A DNA stretch of 24,000 bases from Candidatus Geothermarchaeota archaeon (GTDB taxonomy: Archaea; Thermoproteota; Nitrososphaeria; Geothermarchaeales; JDFR-13), in contig WAKC01000025.1 of assembly GCA_015523605.1 (NCBI GenBank), forward strand, positions 101,582 through 125,581. The letters run 5' to 3'. Positions 15,609-24,000 of the stretch are shown one piece after another. Positions within the stretch are counted from its first letter, which is position 1. Each line of letters begins with the position of its first letter. The notes under the pieces were generated by a model. It saw only the letters and a program-made list of their open reading frames with translations, did no database searches and was not told the DNA's origin. The translations under genes were made by a program, and so were the position numbers.

Positions 15609-16417
15609 ACCTTAACACCTCCAGGAACATGTCTCAATATAACTTCCCTAAACCTCTCATCCAATAGGGGGAGAGTATCCTCTATCCATACAGTTAGACG
15701 GCCCGGATGCCCTCCAGGAGCTAAATGTGAGAGAGTAAGTTCACCAACATGGACAGCCTCAACTCCTGGAAGATTCCTAACAGCCTTCGAGATGCCATTA
15801 TCCTCATTATAAACTATAAGAGGCCCAACACCCACCTTCCTTCTTCTCCCTCTCCATGAAGCTTTTCCTCCAACGATCTTCACACGGTTTCTAACTCTCT
15901 CAACATCATCCCACAAACCTAGATTCCTAAAAACTTCTCTTATTTCGGATGTTTTTGAAATAGTTGAAAATTCCTTTTCAACTATCACTGGTATAAAAGG
16001 TACGTTGTCGATCACATGCCCTCTATTGGCGACTAAATCTTTCTTTGCAGTGGACGAAATAGCCGAAGCAACAGCCAATTTCAACTCTTTCTTGTTAATT
16101 CTCTTATATATATTCTTTTCAGCTGTAGGTGCATGTGGTCTACGCCCTCCTCTGGCCATAGCCACCATCGCACCCATACCTCTGAGTGGTGGGTTCTTAT
16201 ATCTTGGAACTCTAGCAATACCCAGACCTACACCGAAATATTCAGCACTCATCTCCCTTCCAGCATAGGGATAACGACCCTTAGGCTGTAATTTGTGTGT
16301 AAACTGATAAAAGAAAAGTCTTTCAATCAAATCCTTCCTAACAGGTACCTCAAACACTCTGGGTAACTCTACTTTTTTTATTTCCTCACCTACTAAGTTA
16401 AATACTGGGACTTTCAT
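15605..16417 (-). CDS. rpl4: 50S ribosomal protein uL4
   Basis: 270 aa. GREMSAEYFGVGLGIARVPR and MARGGRRPHAP blocks, and a conserved operon position. Confidence 0.9.
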   Translation of the reverse strand: MKVPVFNLVGEEIKKVELPRVFEVPVRKDLIERLFFYQFTHKLQPKGRYPYAGREMSAEYFGVGLGIARVPRYKNPPLRGMGAMVAMARGGRRPHAPTAEKNIYKRINKKELKLAVASAISSTAKKDLVANRGHVIDNVPFIPVIVEKEFSTISKTSEIREVFRNLGLWDDVERVRNRVKIVGGKASWRGRRRKVGVGPLIVYNEDNGISKAVRNLPGVEAVHVGELTLSHLAPGGHPGRLTVWIEDTLPLLDERFREVILRHVPGGVKV

Positions 16418-16429
16418 CCTTCACACCCC

Positions 16430-17431
16430 CTAGATCTTTACATATGTTAATTTAACTGGAACCTTCATTTCTTCCCTTACTGGTCTAACTGTGAATCTCA
16501 TTTTAATTAGTCTCTTTGCAGGTCCTGGCACTGAACCCTTTATAACCAAAAATTTAGATTTTAACTGCCCATATTTATGAAACGATATAGGATGGTCAAA
16601 TTCACTTGGATCCTTGATATCCAGTATCTTTAAATGGTATATAGTCCTTCTATGGAATCCTGTCTGTCCAGCTAAAGGAACTGTATACCTAGTTGCAGAC
16701 GGCTTCCAAGGACCTAATGCGCCGGGCTTCCTCCTGGCCTTTCTAGACTTGTGAGAGAGGAGTTTTATTCCCCATCTCTTAACCGGACCTTGGAACCCCT
16801 TACCCTTTGTTACAGCAATGACGTCAATTATATCGCCAGGTGAAAAAACATCTGTTACGTCAACTTCTTTACCTAGGATATTCTTAGCATAATCAAACTT
16901 TTCATTTATGGAGACATTTCCACCTATCTGTATCTCAAAAATCTCAGGTTTCTTTTTATGAATACCAGCTTTTACAGGTTGTGTTGAAACCAACATCCTT
17001 ATAATTCTAATCTCATCGAGAGAATCCTCAAAATCTTTTAGAGACTTCTCAAAATTGTTAACCTGAAGCGTTTTTATCCTTCTCCGCACAAAATCTGGAT
17101 AATCAGGCGTGACAACAGTCTTATATGACACGAGCCTATTCTTCTCTATATCAACTTTATACCCCACAATTCCTAGCATATAAAGAGGAGGAGTCTCAAC
17201 GATTGTAACAGCTGAAAAGATTTCCTGACCCTTATAAGGAGAATATTTATATTCATCTAGATAATAGACATGTGTCATGCCAGCTTTGTATCCAGCGAAG
17301 CCTAAGAGCTTAGGTTCAGATACATCTAATGTTGGCCATGTTTTTATATCTGGGTTGAGAGACTTAGCTCTCTTTCTTGGAGTGAATGCTAGAGACCCTC
17401 TTTTAGGCGCATGTTTCTTTCTAGCTCCCAT
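16430..17431 (-). CDS. rpl3: 50S ribosomal protein uL3
   Basis: MGARKKHAPKRGSLAFTPRKRA..., GYKAGMTHV and VTKGKGFQGPVKRWG blocks. A strong Shine-Dalgarno sequence (AAGGAGGAGG) lies 5 nt upstream. Confidence 0.95.
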   Translation of the reverse strand: MGARKKHAPKRGSLAFTPRKRAKSLNPDIKTWPTLDVSEPKLLGFAGYKAGMTHVYYLDEYKYSPYKGQEIFSAVTIVETPPLYMLGIVGYKVDIEKNRLVSYKTVVTPDYPDFVRRRIKTLQVNNFEKSLKDFEDSLDEIRIIRMLVSTQPVKAGIHKKKPEIFEIQIGGNVSINEKFDYAKNILGKEVDVTDVFSPGDIIDVIAVTKGKGFQGPVKRWGIKLLSHKSRKARRKPGALGPWKPSATRYTVPLAGQTGFHRRTIYHLKILDIKDPSEFDHPISFHKYGQLKSKFLVIKGSVPGPAKRLIKMRFTVRPVREEMKVPVKLTYVKI

Positions 17432-17477
17432 ATTAACCTCCTCCTTAACATCATTAATACATCAATCCCTAAACTCC

Positions 17478-17485
17478 ATATAAAT
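17478..17485 (-). promoter_or_regulatory. TATA-like box (ATTTATAT on the minus strand) about 47-54 nt upstream of the rpl3 ATG, followed by the GGAGGAGG Shine-Dalgarno sequence at 17437-17446
   Basis: This is the only strong TATA-like element in the 120-bp gap preceding the r-protein operon. Position only. Confidence 0.3.
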
Positions 17486-17551
17486 TATTCATATTCTCAA
17501 TTCGATACCTACCAATGTGCTAATCACTATAATTCAATCTAAATATTTAAA

Positions 17552-18421
17552 TCATAATTGAGAATTAACTATAAAATCCATGATTGAAAGAGCTATCCAA
17601 ACCGCTTCCTCAATTCGAATCGTCTCAACTTTTTGATTATAGACCAAGTTAATATAATAATCAAATAAATTCCTTGGTTCGACATTGTAATAACTTAATA
17701 TCTCCTTTAGACCATAAGAGTGGGAACCTAATACCAAGAGAGATCTTCCCTTTCCAATAATTTCTCCCCTAATCTTTGAGATGTTCAGGTCTCCTATATA
17801 GTCACCATATTTACTCAATCCAATCTTGACACCTTTATACTTCTTAACCAAGCTTACTATGCTTTCTCTTGATCTCAATACCGAATAACCTTTATACAGA
17901 CCTTTTTCTCTCACTTCTTCATCATCCACAAGTTCACCTATAAGATACTTCTGAGCGTTTTTCACTATCTTAACCATAGCTATTGGAGGTGGACGTTTTC
18001 CTTTTACTGCAACAGGTTTATCTAGACCCACATCAATCAGATACAGGTCACCACGTTTTTTAGCAAATGTATATCCTATTCTATACATAGGATATTCAAT
18101 GTCTTTTATTCTAACTTTTTCCTGGAATAAAGGTAGTTTAACAGGAGGTAATGCACCCACATATGCTAACGAATCCTCAAATTCAAATAGAACTTTCTTA
18201 AGATATGGTGGAGTTATTAGATATTTTAAGAGCTTTACAACATCTTTATAGACTGTTCTGTCAGTGGATAAAGGGTCAGGGTAAATATAAATTCTTCTAA
18301 CTCCAAAACATGCCGCTGCTCTAGCAAGATTACTTACAGCAAAACTCCTTTGTAATGTTGAAGAAAGATTCTCAGTAAAAGATGAAGGAATAGCTATATC
18401 AAACTCCGGCATTTTAACCAC
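17552..18421 (-). CDS. SPOUT-superfamily putative RNA methyltransferase (MTH1/DUF171, COG2106-like)
   Basis: DIAIPSSFTENL...LARAAACFGVRRIYIY, TPPYLKKVLF..VGALPP and the C-terminal ETIRIEEAVWIALSIMDFI align by eye with my recollection of the Methanothermobacter MTH1 protein (..TVRTEEAVLATLSVFNML). Confidence 0.75.
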   Translation of the reverse strand: MVKMPEFDIAIPSSFTENLSSTLQRSFAVSNLARAAACFGVRRIYIYPDPLSTDRTVYKDVVKLLKYLITPPYLKKVLFEFEDSLAYVGALPPVKLPLFQEKVRIKDIEYPMYRIGYTFAKKRGDLYLIDVGLDKPVAVKGKRPPPIAMVKIVKNAQKYLIGELVDDEEVREKGLYKGYSVLRSRESIVSLVKKYKGVKIGLSKYGDYIGDLNISKIRGEIIGKGRSLLVLGSHSYGLKEILSYYNVEPRNLFDYYINLVYNQKVETIRIEEAVWIALSIMDFIVNSQL

Positions 18422-19097
18422 CCATTGAGAGACACTCCTTTACGATTTTTACTGCTGAACTAGTTCCAATTATATCGGCACCAGCTGAAAAAATCTCTAA
18501 CGCCTGGGCATAGCTTCTAATACCGCCTGACGCCTTGAGTTTTATGCTGTTATCCAATAATTCCCTAACCTGGATAACGTCATCTACGTTAGTTCCTCGA
18601 GGACCATATCCAGTTGATGTTTTGAAGTAATCAGGTTTTACTGAATTTATAACGTTTATCATTAGTTCCAACTCTTCAGTATTAAGTACAGTAATCTCAC
18701 CTATTATTTTCAAAATCTTATCTGGATAATTAGATTTAATCACATCTACAATCTGAACAATTTCATCTTCATAATCCTTAATTTCTCCCGACTTAACAAG
18801 AGATACATTTGATACGATATCTATTTCATCAAACCCCATTTCGAGCGCATGTTTAGCTTCGTTTATTTTAAGAGATAGATCTACCATACCATGAGGAAAA
18901 GCCACAACAGTACATAACCTGACTTTATTTCTTACCTCCATATCCAGCCATCTTATTGCATATTGCGGAATCACCAGACACCTAAAACCATACTTAATAG
19001 TTTCATCAACTAGTTTTAAAACCACATCCCTTGTAATATCTAATTTCAAGTATGTATGATCAATCTTATTAGCTACTCTGTTACAATTCATCCCCAA
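18414..19097 (-). CDS. deoC: Deoxyribose-phosphate aldolase
   Basis: IDHTYLK, VVAFPHG, EIDIV, FKTSTGY and the Schiff-base region KLKASGGIR..., all in TIM-barrel order, at 227 aa. Confidence 0.85.
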   Translation of the reverse strand: MGMNCNRVANKIDHTYLKLDITRDVVLKLVDETIKYGFRCLVIPQYAIRWLDMEVRNKVRLCTVVAFPHGMVDLSLKINEAKHALEMGFDEIDIVSNVSLVKSGEIKDYEDEIVQIVDVIKSNYPDKILKIIGEITVLNTEELELMINVINSVKPDYFKTSTGYGPRGTNVDDVIQVRELLDNSIKLKASGGIRSYAQALEIFSAGADIIGTSSAVKIVKECLSMGG

Positions 19098-19190
19098 AAT
19101 TACATTAATGGTAAATGGAAACTATTATAACACATTAAAAATTTTTTATGAGAACAATAGAAATGAAAATTCTTTGGAGGTGGGAGTTAT

Positions 19191-19460
19191 ATGGAGATTC
19201 ATGGGATAATTGAAAGTTATAGACGTGGTCCTAGAACTCAAAAGAATAATCAAATGATAATATATCTACCGTCCCTCAATTCTAATGACATACCTAAACT
19301 GGTAGGCGCGTCGGTACTTTATAGAGATAAATATGGAAATGCCTATGAAGGAATAGTTAAAAAACGACATGGAAATGGAAACAAAGTCCTAGCCGAATTT
19401 AAAAGAGCCCTCCCAGGAACCTCTTTAGGAGACATAGTAAAAATAGTTAAGAGGGATTAA
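19191..19460 (+). CDS. rpl35ae: 50S ribosomal protein eL33 (L35Ae)
   Basis: 89 aa. YRRGPRTQ..., LVGASVLYRD...G.IVKKRHGNGNKVLAEFKRALPG match the L35Ae pattern. A GGAGGTGGG Shine-Dalgarno sequence lies upstream. Confidence 0.8.
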   Translation: MEIHGIIESYRRGPRTQKNNQMIIYLPSLNSNDIPKLVGASVLYRDKYGNAYEGIVKKRHGNGNKVLAEFKRALPGTSLGDIVKIVKRD

Positions 19461-21331
19461 CCATAAGGAATAAGCATTGTAACTAGAGAGAAATCCTCTA
19501 AATTATATACCATTACACCATTATTGCTAACTATGTAGAGATATGTATCTATATAGACTCCTCTTACTAAGCCTGGTTCATAATATCCTAGACTATCGGG
19601 AGATAAGTCAAGGGATCTTATAAGATTTAACCCATCCGTTGTCACCTCTATCAAGACATATTGTACGATATTCTTTGGATAAGGCGTGTAATCATAGAAG
19701 ATTAGTGAAAACCCTATCATATTTCTACTACTCATTACCAATATAGCCTTATGGTTGTATAATGCTTCTGACCATACCCAATTAGAAATATTGAATACTA
19801 TATTGTCAACCTCTTTGGGTTTCGACGGATCGGAGACGTCAAATAAACTCACTTTCAGTCCAACTATTCTGGTCGTATTATCAGTTTCATAACCGATCCC
19901 AACTAATAATGTGTCACTAACAGGGTGAAGATATGTACTAAAACCTGGTATTTTAAGCTCCCCCTCTACATACGGGTTGGTTGGATCCTCTAAGTTAATT
20001 ATAAACAGCGGATCTACTAATCTAAAGGTAACTAAATATGCATAGTTCCCCATGAATCTAGTTGCATATAACATCTCAGACTCTGCAAGTCCTTCGATAG
20101 ACCCTATAACATTTAATTTATCATCCAATATGAAGATGTTTGTATATCGCAATATGCTATCCCTTGTAATAATCCAAGAATGAGTAGACACTCTAAGTAG
20201 ACCCATATATTCATCTAATTGAAACTGTGAAGATATACTACCCTTAACATCTCCGATGGCTTGTAGTTTAATATCTAGGCCATCCACTGAAAACTTATAG
20301 ATCCTCGTCGTTACATCATTTGAAGTTTTTATTGTCTCATCTCCCGGTAAGATCATGGGAGGGTATATGGTTTGAGCGATATAGATATTGTCATACGACA
20401 TATAGAGAACGCCTGTATATCCCAACAAGAATACTTCATAGCTAAAGTCGAGTGTAGATAAGTCAAGGGCAATAATGATATTGTAGGCTAGAGAATTATC
20501 ATAGAGCCCAGGTATATACTTAATATTTGACGGATAAATCTCCTCCTTAACACCGTTTATCCATATTTCAGGGAGACGAACCTCTATTGAATTACTTTTA
20601 TAGTCGTAGTTATGAACTGATTGGACGTTGTTGATATAGAGAACAGATTTATAAAGTCTACTCTGATATATAGAGCCAAATAACGATATATTTAACAGTT
20701 TTTTAGGATCCGATGGATCGCTTACATCATAAATTAATATTGAGGATAAGGGTGCACCAAGCGTTTCGGGAGCCATCAATTTTGATGCTGGAGATGATTG
20801 AGAATCGCCTCTCACGATAGGAATACCTATATACCCGTATCTATTGCCAATTACAATGAGAAGATTATATACTTTTGAAACATACAAGCCTTCAATATAA
20901 TACCCATTTAAGTTTATTTCGCTAGTTATTTCTAGAGACTCAGGGGGATATGCCTTTATTATTGATATTAAACTTCTATTTACAAAGTAGATATACTCCC
21001 CGTCCGTTTTAATGATGTCAGATTCGTCAATCCCTTTTACCTGGACATTAGTTTGGCTATATCCATATGAGTTCATTTGATCTGATGCAGCTTCGGGGAT
21101 AGCAGTTCTAAGTCCTAAGAGATATTCGGGAAGATAATTGTCATGCCTCGAGTTAACAAAATTCACCAGTTCATAGTAAGACCTGAACCTGGGCAGAGAA
21201 TCTTCCTCTTTATTTGAGGTGTCAAGGGAGAAATTATTAACAAGTGATATAATTAAAAGAAAAGTCATCGCCATTATAACTAGATATACCGCTGGAGGAT
21301 ACCGTTTAACATTCATGAAGACTTCACCCAA
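19457..21331 (-). CDS. Secreted or membrane-anchored beta-propeller domain protein (PF09826/COG4880-like)
   Basis: N-terminal signal anchor (YLVIMAMTFLLIISLV), then FRSYYELVNFV...YSQTNVQVKGIDESDIIKTDGEYIYFV. I recognise this as the characteristic start of the secreted Beta_propel family. The rest is long and beta-rich. Confidence 0.7.
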   Translation of the reverse strand: MGEVFMNVKRYPPAVYLVIMAMTFLLIISLVNNFSLDTSNKEEDSLPRFRSYYELVNFVNSRHDNYLPEYLLGLRTAIPEAASDQMNSYGYSQTNVQVKGIDESDIIKTDGEYIYFVNRSLISIIKAYPPESLEITSEINLNGYYIEGLYVSKVYNLLIVIGNRYGYIGIPIVRGDSQSSPASKLMAPETLGAPLSSILIYDVSDPSDPKKLLNISLFGSIYQSRLYKSVLYINNVQSVHNYDYKSNSIEVRLPEIWINGVKEEIYPSNIKYIPGLYDNSLAYNIIIALDLSTLDFSYEVFLLGYTGVLYMSYDNIYIAQTIYPPMILPGDETIKTSNDVTTRIYKFSVDGLDIKLQAIGDVKGSISSQFQLDEYMGLLRVSTHSWIITRDSILRYTNIFILDDKLNVIGSIEGLAESEMLYATRFMGNYAYLVTFRLVDPLFIINLEDPTNPYVEGELKIPGFSTYLHPVSDTLLVGIGYETDNTTRIVGLKVSLFDVSDPSKPKEVDNIVFNISNWVWSEALYNHKAILVMSSRNMIGFSLIFYDYTPYPKNIVQYVLIEVTTDGLNLIRSLDLSPDSLGYYEPGLVRGVYIDTYLYIVSNNGVMVYNLEDFSLVTMLIPYG

Positions 21332-21427
21332 AGGTTTATAACAGCTTCTAAATACATTACTCTAATGCTTTGAACAATTATCTAATACCTTCTTTTAATC
21401 AGAAGAACTGGTAAAAGTATATTTAGA

Positions 21428-21847
21428 ATGACCGAGGAGCTACATGGAACTACTTTGAAGGTCTACTTACATATATTAAAACGTGGTAAGGATAGGATCG
21501 GAGTTAGAGAGCTTATGAGAGAACTGGGGATGAAGACACCTAGTCATGCCTATTATCATCTCGATAAACTCGTTTCTCTAGGATTGCTAGAGAAAAAATA
21601 TGGAGACTATTATCTTAATCGAAACGTTAAAATAGATTACTTAAGAGAGTTCATAATTACATCTGGACTTATAATTCCAAAGTTTTTGTTTTATACAATG
21701 TTTTACCTAGTTATCCTGATATTCTCGCTTGTTTTACCCCGGTATGATGAATTATATTGGTATATAACGTTGATGTCTTCAATAGCTGGGGTGATAACTT
21801 CATTTTATCAGACAATTATCTCATATAAAAAGATAAAGGTCTTATAG
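21428..21847 (+). CDS. Membrane-tethered winged-helix DNA-binding protein (second copy of this architecture)
   Basis: wHTH (IGVRELMRELGMKTPSHAYYHLDKLVSLGLLEKK). It is followed by two hydrophobic helices (IIPKFLFYTMFYLVILIFSLVL, ITLMSSIAGVITSFY). Confidence 0.6.
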   Translation: MTEELHGTTLKVYLHILKRGKDRIGVRELMRELGMKTPSHAYYHLDKLVSLGLLEKKYGDYYLNRNVKIDYLREFIITSGLIIPKFLFYTMFYLVILIFSLVLPRYDELYWYITLMSSIAGVITSFYQTIISYKKIKVL

Positions 21848-21894
21848 TGTTCAGAGTGTTCAAATTATTAGAATAAAAATTAACTACACTATTC

Positions 21895-22431
21895 TTGTTA
21901 TTGGTGTCAGAGATAAAGTCAATATTAATTCCAGTATCTGGGGCACTATTAGCAGTAGTAATAATATTATTCTCTATCTATATTTACCAGGTAAACAATT
22001 TAACAATAGATAATGGCAACTATCTTAAAGAAGAAGTTAAGGATGCACAACCTTACCAAGATATGTTATATAGACAATCAATATCGGAAGAAGAGAATAT
22101 ATATGAAGCACCTATTCTGATAATCTACCTACTGATTAGGTCTCAAGAAGATGTTGTAACTATTAAAATCAATAAGATACTTGTAAGTAACAATGGGATT
22201 GAAATAGATGTTACTGATAGGTCTTTATTTCAAGAAGGTTTTGTAAAAACAAATCAAAAAACTCTGCTATCGGTTGTTCCGGTATACCCTGGTTCTGTAG
22301 AATATCTAAGTATCGATATCATGTATTCTATTGAGAGTCTTGAGAACAAAAAGGCAGTAGCTAAGTACACAGAGATAATTAAAGTTGAGTATGGAGGAAC
22401 ATACGAGGTAACAATTTCAATAGATATATAA
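21895..22431 (+). CDS. Hypothetical N-terminally membrane-anchored protein, beta-rich ectodomain
   Basis: 178-aa ORF with a non-ATG start (TTG 21895, TTG 21901 or GTG 21904). It has a single N-terminal hydrophobic helix, ILIPVSGALLAVVIILFSIYIY. I recognise no family. Confidence 0.4.
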   Translation: MLLVSEIKSILIPVSGALLAVVIILFSIYIYQVNNLTIDNGNYLKEEVKDAQPYQDMLYRQSISEEENIYEAPILIIYLLIRSQEDVVTIKINKILVSNNGIEIDVTDRSLFQEGFVKTNQKTLLSVVPVYPGSVEYLSIDIMYSIESLENKKAVAKYTEIIKVEYGGTYEVTISIDI

Positions 22432-22541
22432 GGCAATATATTTTCGATATAGCTATCCAGATAGTTTTTATAAACAGCCTTAAAATAATCTGGAATTAGA
22501 GATTTATATATAGAGCGAAATCGATTGGAGGGGACCGACAG

Positions 22542-23999
22542 ATGCCCAGTTTTCCATTTAAAGAAATAGATAGATATGTATGGGAGATTCCAAAAAGTTA
22601 TAGACATGATATGAGAGTTCCTGTTAGAATTTATGCAACGAAACAACAGCTTGATAAGATGACTCAAGATAGAACCGTGATGCAGGGAGTTAATGTAGCG
22701 ACACTCCCTGGAATACAAAAATTTAGCATTATACTTCCAGATGGCCATCAAGGATATGGATTCCCAATAGGAGGGGTTGCAGCTGTGGATGGTGAGGAGG
22801 GGGTAATAAGCCCTGGAGGTGTGGGATACGATATTAACTGTGGAGTCAGAGTTATAAGAACAAATCTTGACTATGAGGATATAAAACCAAAGATAAAAGA
22901 ATTAGCAGACGTGTTATTCAAAAACGTACCTGCAGGTTTAGGGAGTAGAAGAAGAGATTTCAACGTGACTAGGAGTGAGTTAGATAGAATAGCTATTGAA
23001 GGTGCGAGATACATAATTAGAAAGTTCGGATTAGGTTGGGAGGATGATATAGAAAGGATTGAGGAGTATGGAGCTATAGACGGTGCAGATCCAAATTACG
23101 TTAGTGACACGGCGAAGAGGAGAGGACTAAATCAGATAGGAACTTTAGGAAGCGGGAACCACTTCCTAGAGGTGCAGGTAGTAGATAAAATATTTAACGA
23201 AGAAATGGCTAAGGCAATGGGCATTACTCATGAAGGACAGGTAGTTGTTATGGTTCATTGTGGAAGTAGAGGATATGGCCATCAGGTATGTAGCGATTAT
23301 CTGAAGGTGATGGATAGGGCAATAAGAAAATATAATATTAAACTTCCAGATAGGGAATTAGCTTATGCACCAATCAAGAGTCCAGAGGCACAGCAATATC
23401 TTAAGGCATTCAAATCTGCTGTCAACTTCGCATTTGCAAATAGACAGGCTATTAGCCATTGGGTTAGACAGAGTTTTGAGAAGGTATTCAAAACCGATGC
23501 TGACAAATTAGATATGGAGATAGTTTATGACGTAGCACATAATATCGTAAAACCCGAGGAGCATATCGTTGATGGAAAAAGAAAATTGTTATATGTCCAT
23601 AGAAAGGGTGCTACGAGGAGCTTACCTAAAGGGCATCCTCTACTACCAAAAGTATATAAATCCATTGGCCAGCCTGTTTTAATACCTGGAAGTATGGGTA
23701 CACCATCGTACATTTTAATTGGGCATCCGAAGAGTCTCGAAAGAAGCTTCGCATCAGCACCACACGGATCTGGAAGAGTTTTAAGTAGATCTGCTGCGAA
23801 GAGGATGTATAGAGGAGAACAAATAATAAGAGAATTGAATAAACATGGCATAATTGTCCGAGCAGATTCTATGGCTACTGTGACTGAAGAAGTTCAATAC
23901 GCTTATAAAGACAGTAATGAAGTTGCTCTTGTAGCTGAAGTAGCAGGATTAGCATATAGAGCGGTTAGGATGAGGCCTATCGCAGTCGTAAAAGGATAA
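22542..23999 (+). CDS. rtcB: RNA-splicing ligase RtcB (3'-phosphate/5'-hydroxyl RNA ligase)
   Basis: HQGYGFPIGGVAA, GGVGYDINCGVR, GSGNHFLEVQ, HCGSRGYGHQ, HRKGATR and PGSMGT motifs are all present and contiguous. The 485-aa length shows no intein. A GGAGGGG Shine-Dalgarno sequence lies upstream. Confidence 0.95.
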   Translation: MPSFPFKEIDRYVWEIPKSYRHDMRVPVRIYATKQQLDKMTQDRTVMQGVNVATLPGIQKFSIILPDGHQGYGFPIGGVAAVDGEEGVISPGGVGYDINCGVRVIRTNLDYEDIKPKIKELADVLFKNVPAGLGSRRRDFNVTRSELDRIAIEGARYIIRKFGLGWEDDIERIEEYGAIDGADPNYVSDTAKRRGLNQIGTLGSGNHFLEVQVVDKIFNEEMAKAMGITHEGQVVVMVHCGSRGYGHQVCSDYLKVMDRAIRKYNIKLPDRELAYAPIKSPEAQQYLKAFKSAVNFAFANRQAISHWVRQSFEKVFKTDADKLDMEIVYDVAHNIVKPEEHIVDGKRKLLYVHRKGATRSLPKGHPLLPKVYKSIGQPVLIPGSMGTPSYILIGHPKSLERSFASAPHGSGRVLSRSAAKRMYRGEQIIRELNKHGIIVRADSMATVTEEVQYAYKDSNEVALVAEVAGLAYRAVRMRPIAVVKG

Positions 24000-24000
24000 T

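Noticed and set aside
14892-17483. Several plus-strand ORFs (68-118 aa) inside rpl2, rpl23, rpl4 and rpl3.
   Set aside because: All are antisense to highly conserved ribosomal protein genes. I recognise no motifs in them.
21380-21400. Small hairpin CTTCT-TTTAATC-AGAAG in the beta-propeller / wHTH-TM divergent gap.
   Set aside because: A 5-bp A/T-rich stem is expected by chance in a spacer of this composition. It has no flanking oligo-T and no second copy.
22254-22751. 165-aa minus-strand ORF bridging the 21895 ORF, the intergenic gap and the rtcB 5' end. A 108-aa ORF at 23525-23851 lies antisense within rtcB.
   Set aside because: It overlaps the unmistakable rtcB start and its Shine-Dalgarno and promoter region in antisense. 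It has no supporting motif.
22542-23999. Intein or split-gene arrangement in rtcB.
   Set aside because: All catalytic motifs are contiguous in a single 485-aa ORF of normal length.

Overview
This is a compact, AT-rich archaeal chromosome segment. The three tRNA genes stand out as GC-rich islands with GC-only acceptor stems, which suggests a thermophile. I cannot name the taxon from sequence alone. Nearly every base is coding, and many neighbouring genes overlap by 4-30 nt.

The content is housekeeping and strongly skewed toward RNA and translation:
- A partial asnS.
- A uL3-uL4-uL23-uL2 ribosomal protein operon, an isolated uS19, and eL33 (L35Ae).
- Three tRNAs: Pro-GGG with a 14-nt intron, Val-GAC and Leu-GAG, all with genomically encoded CCA.
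- tRNA maturation and repair genes: CCA-adding enzyme, ThpR/LigT, RNase Z, a Trm11/Trm-G10-type methyltransferase, an MTH1-like SPOUT methyltransferase and RtcB ligase.
- Other genes: Prs, TrxB, DeoC, a CinA-like protein, AMMECR1, a MurG-like glycosyltransferase, a divergent Orc1/Cdc6 paralog, and the UPF0200/UPF0201 pair.
- Two membrane-tethered winged-helix proteins and a secreted beta-propeller protein.

I see no CRISPR array, transposase, integrase, toxin-antitoxin pair or recognisable defence gene, and no long non-coding gap. I do not find a clear-cut novel system.

The candidates most worth a second look are:
1. A co-directional thpR-cca-atypical kinase-tRNAPro(intron) block.
2. The break of the near-universal uL2-uS19 linkage, with a CinA-like gene overlapping uL2.
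3. The uncharacterised UPF0200/UPF0201 overlapping pair.
4. A wHTH-TM / membrane protein / secreted beta-propeller cluster.

All functional calls come from motif recognition by eye. No searches were run.
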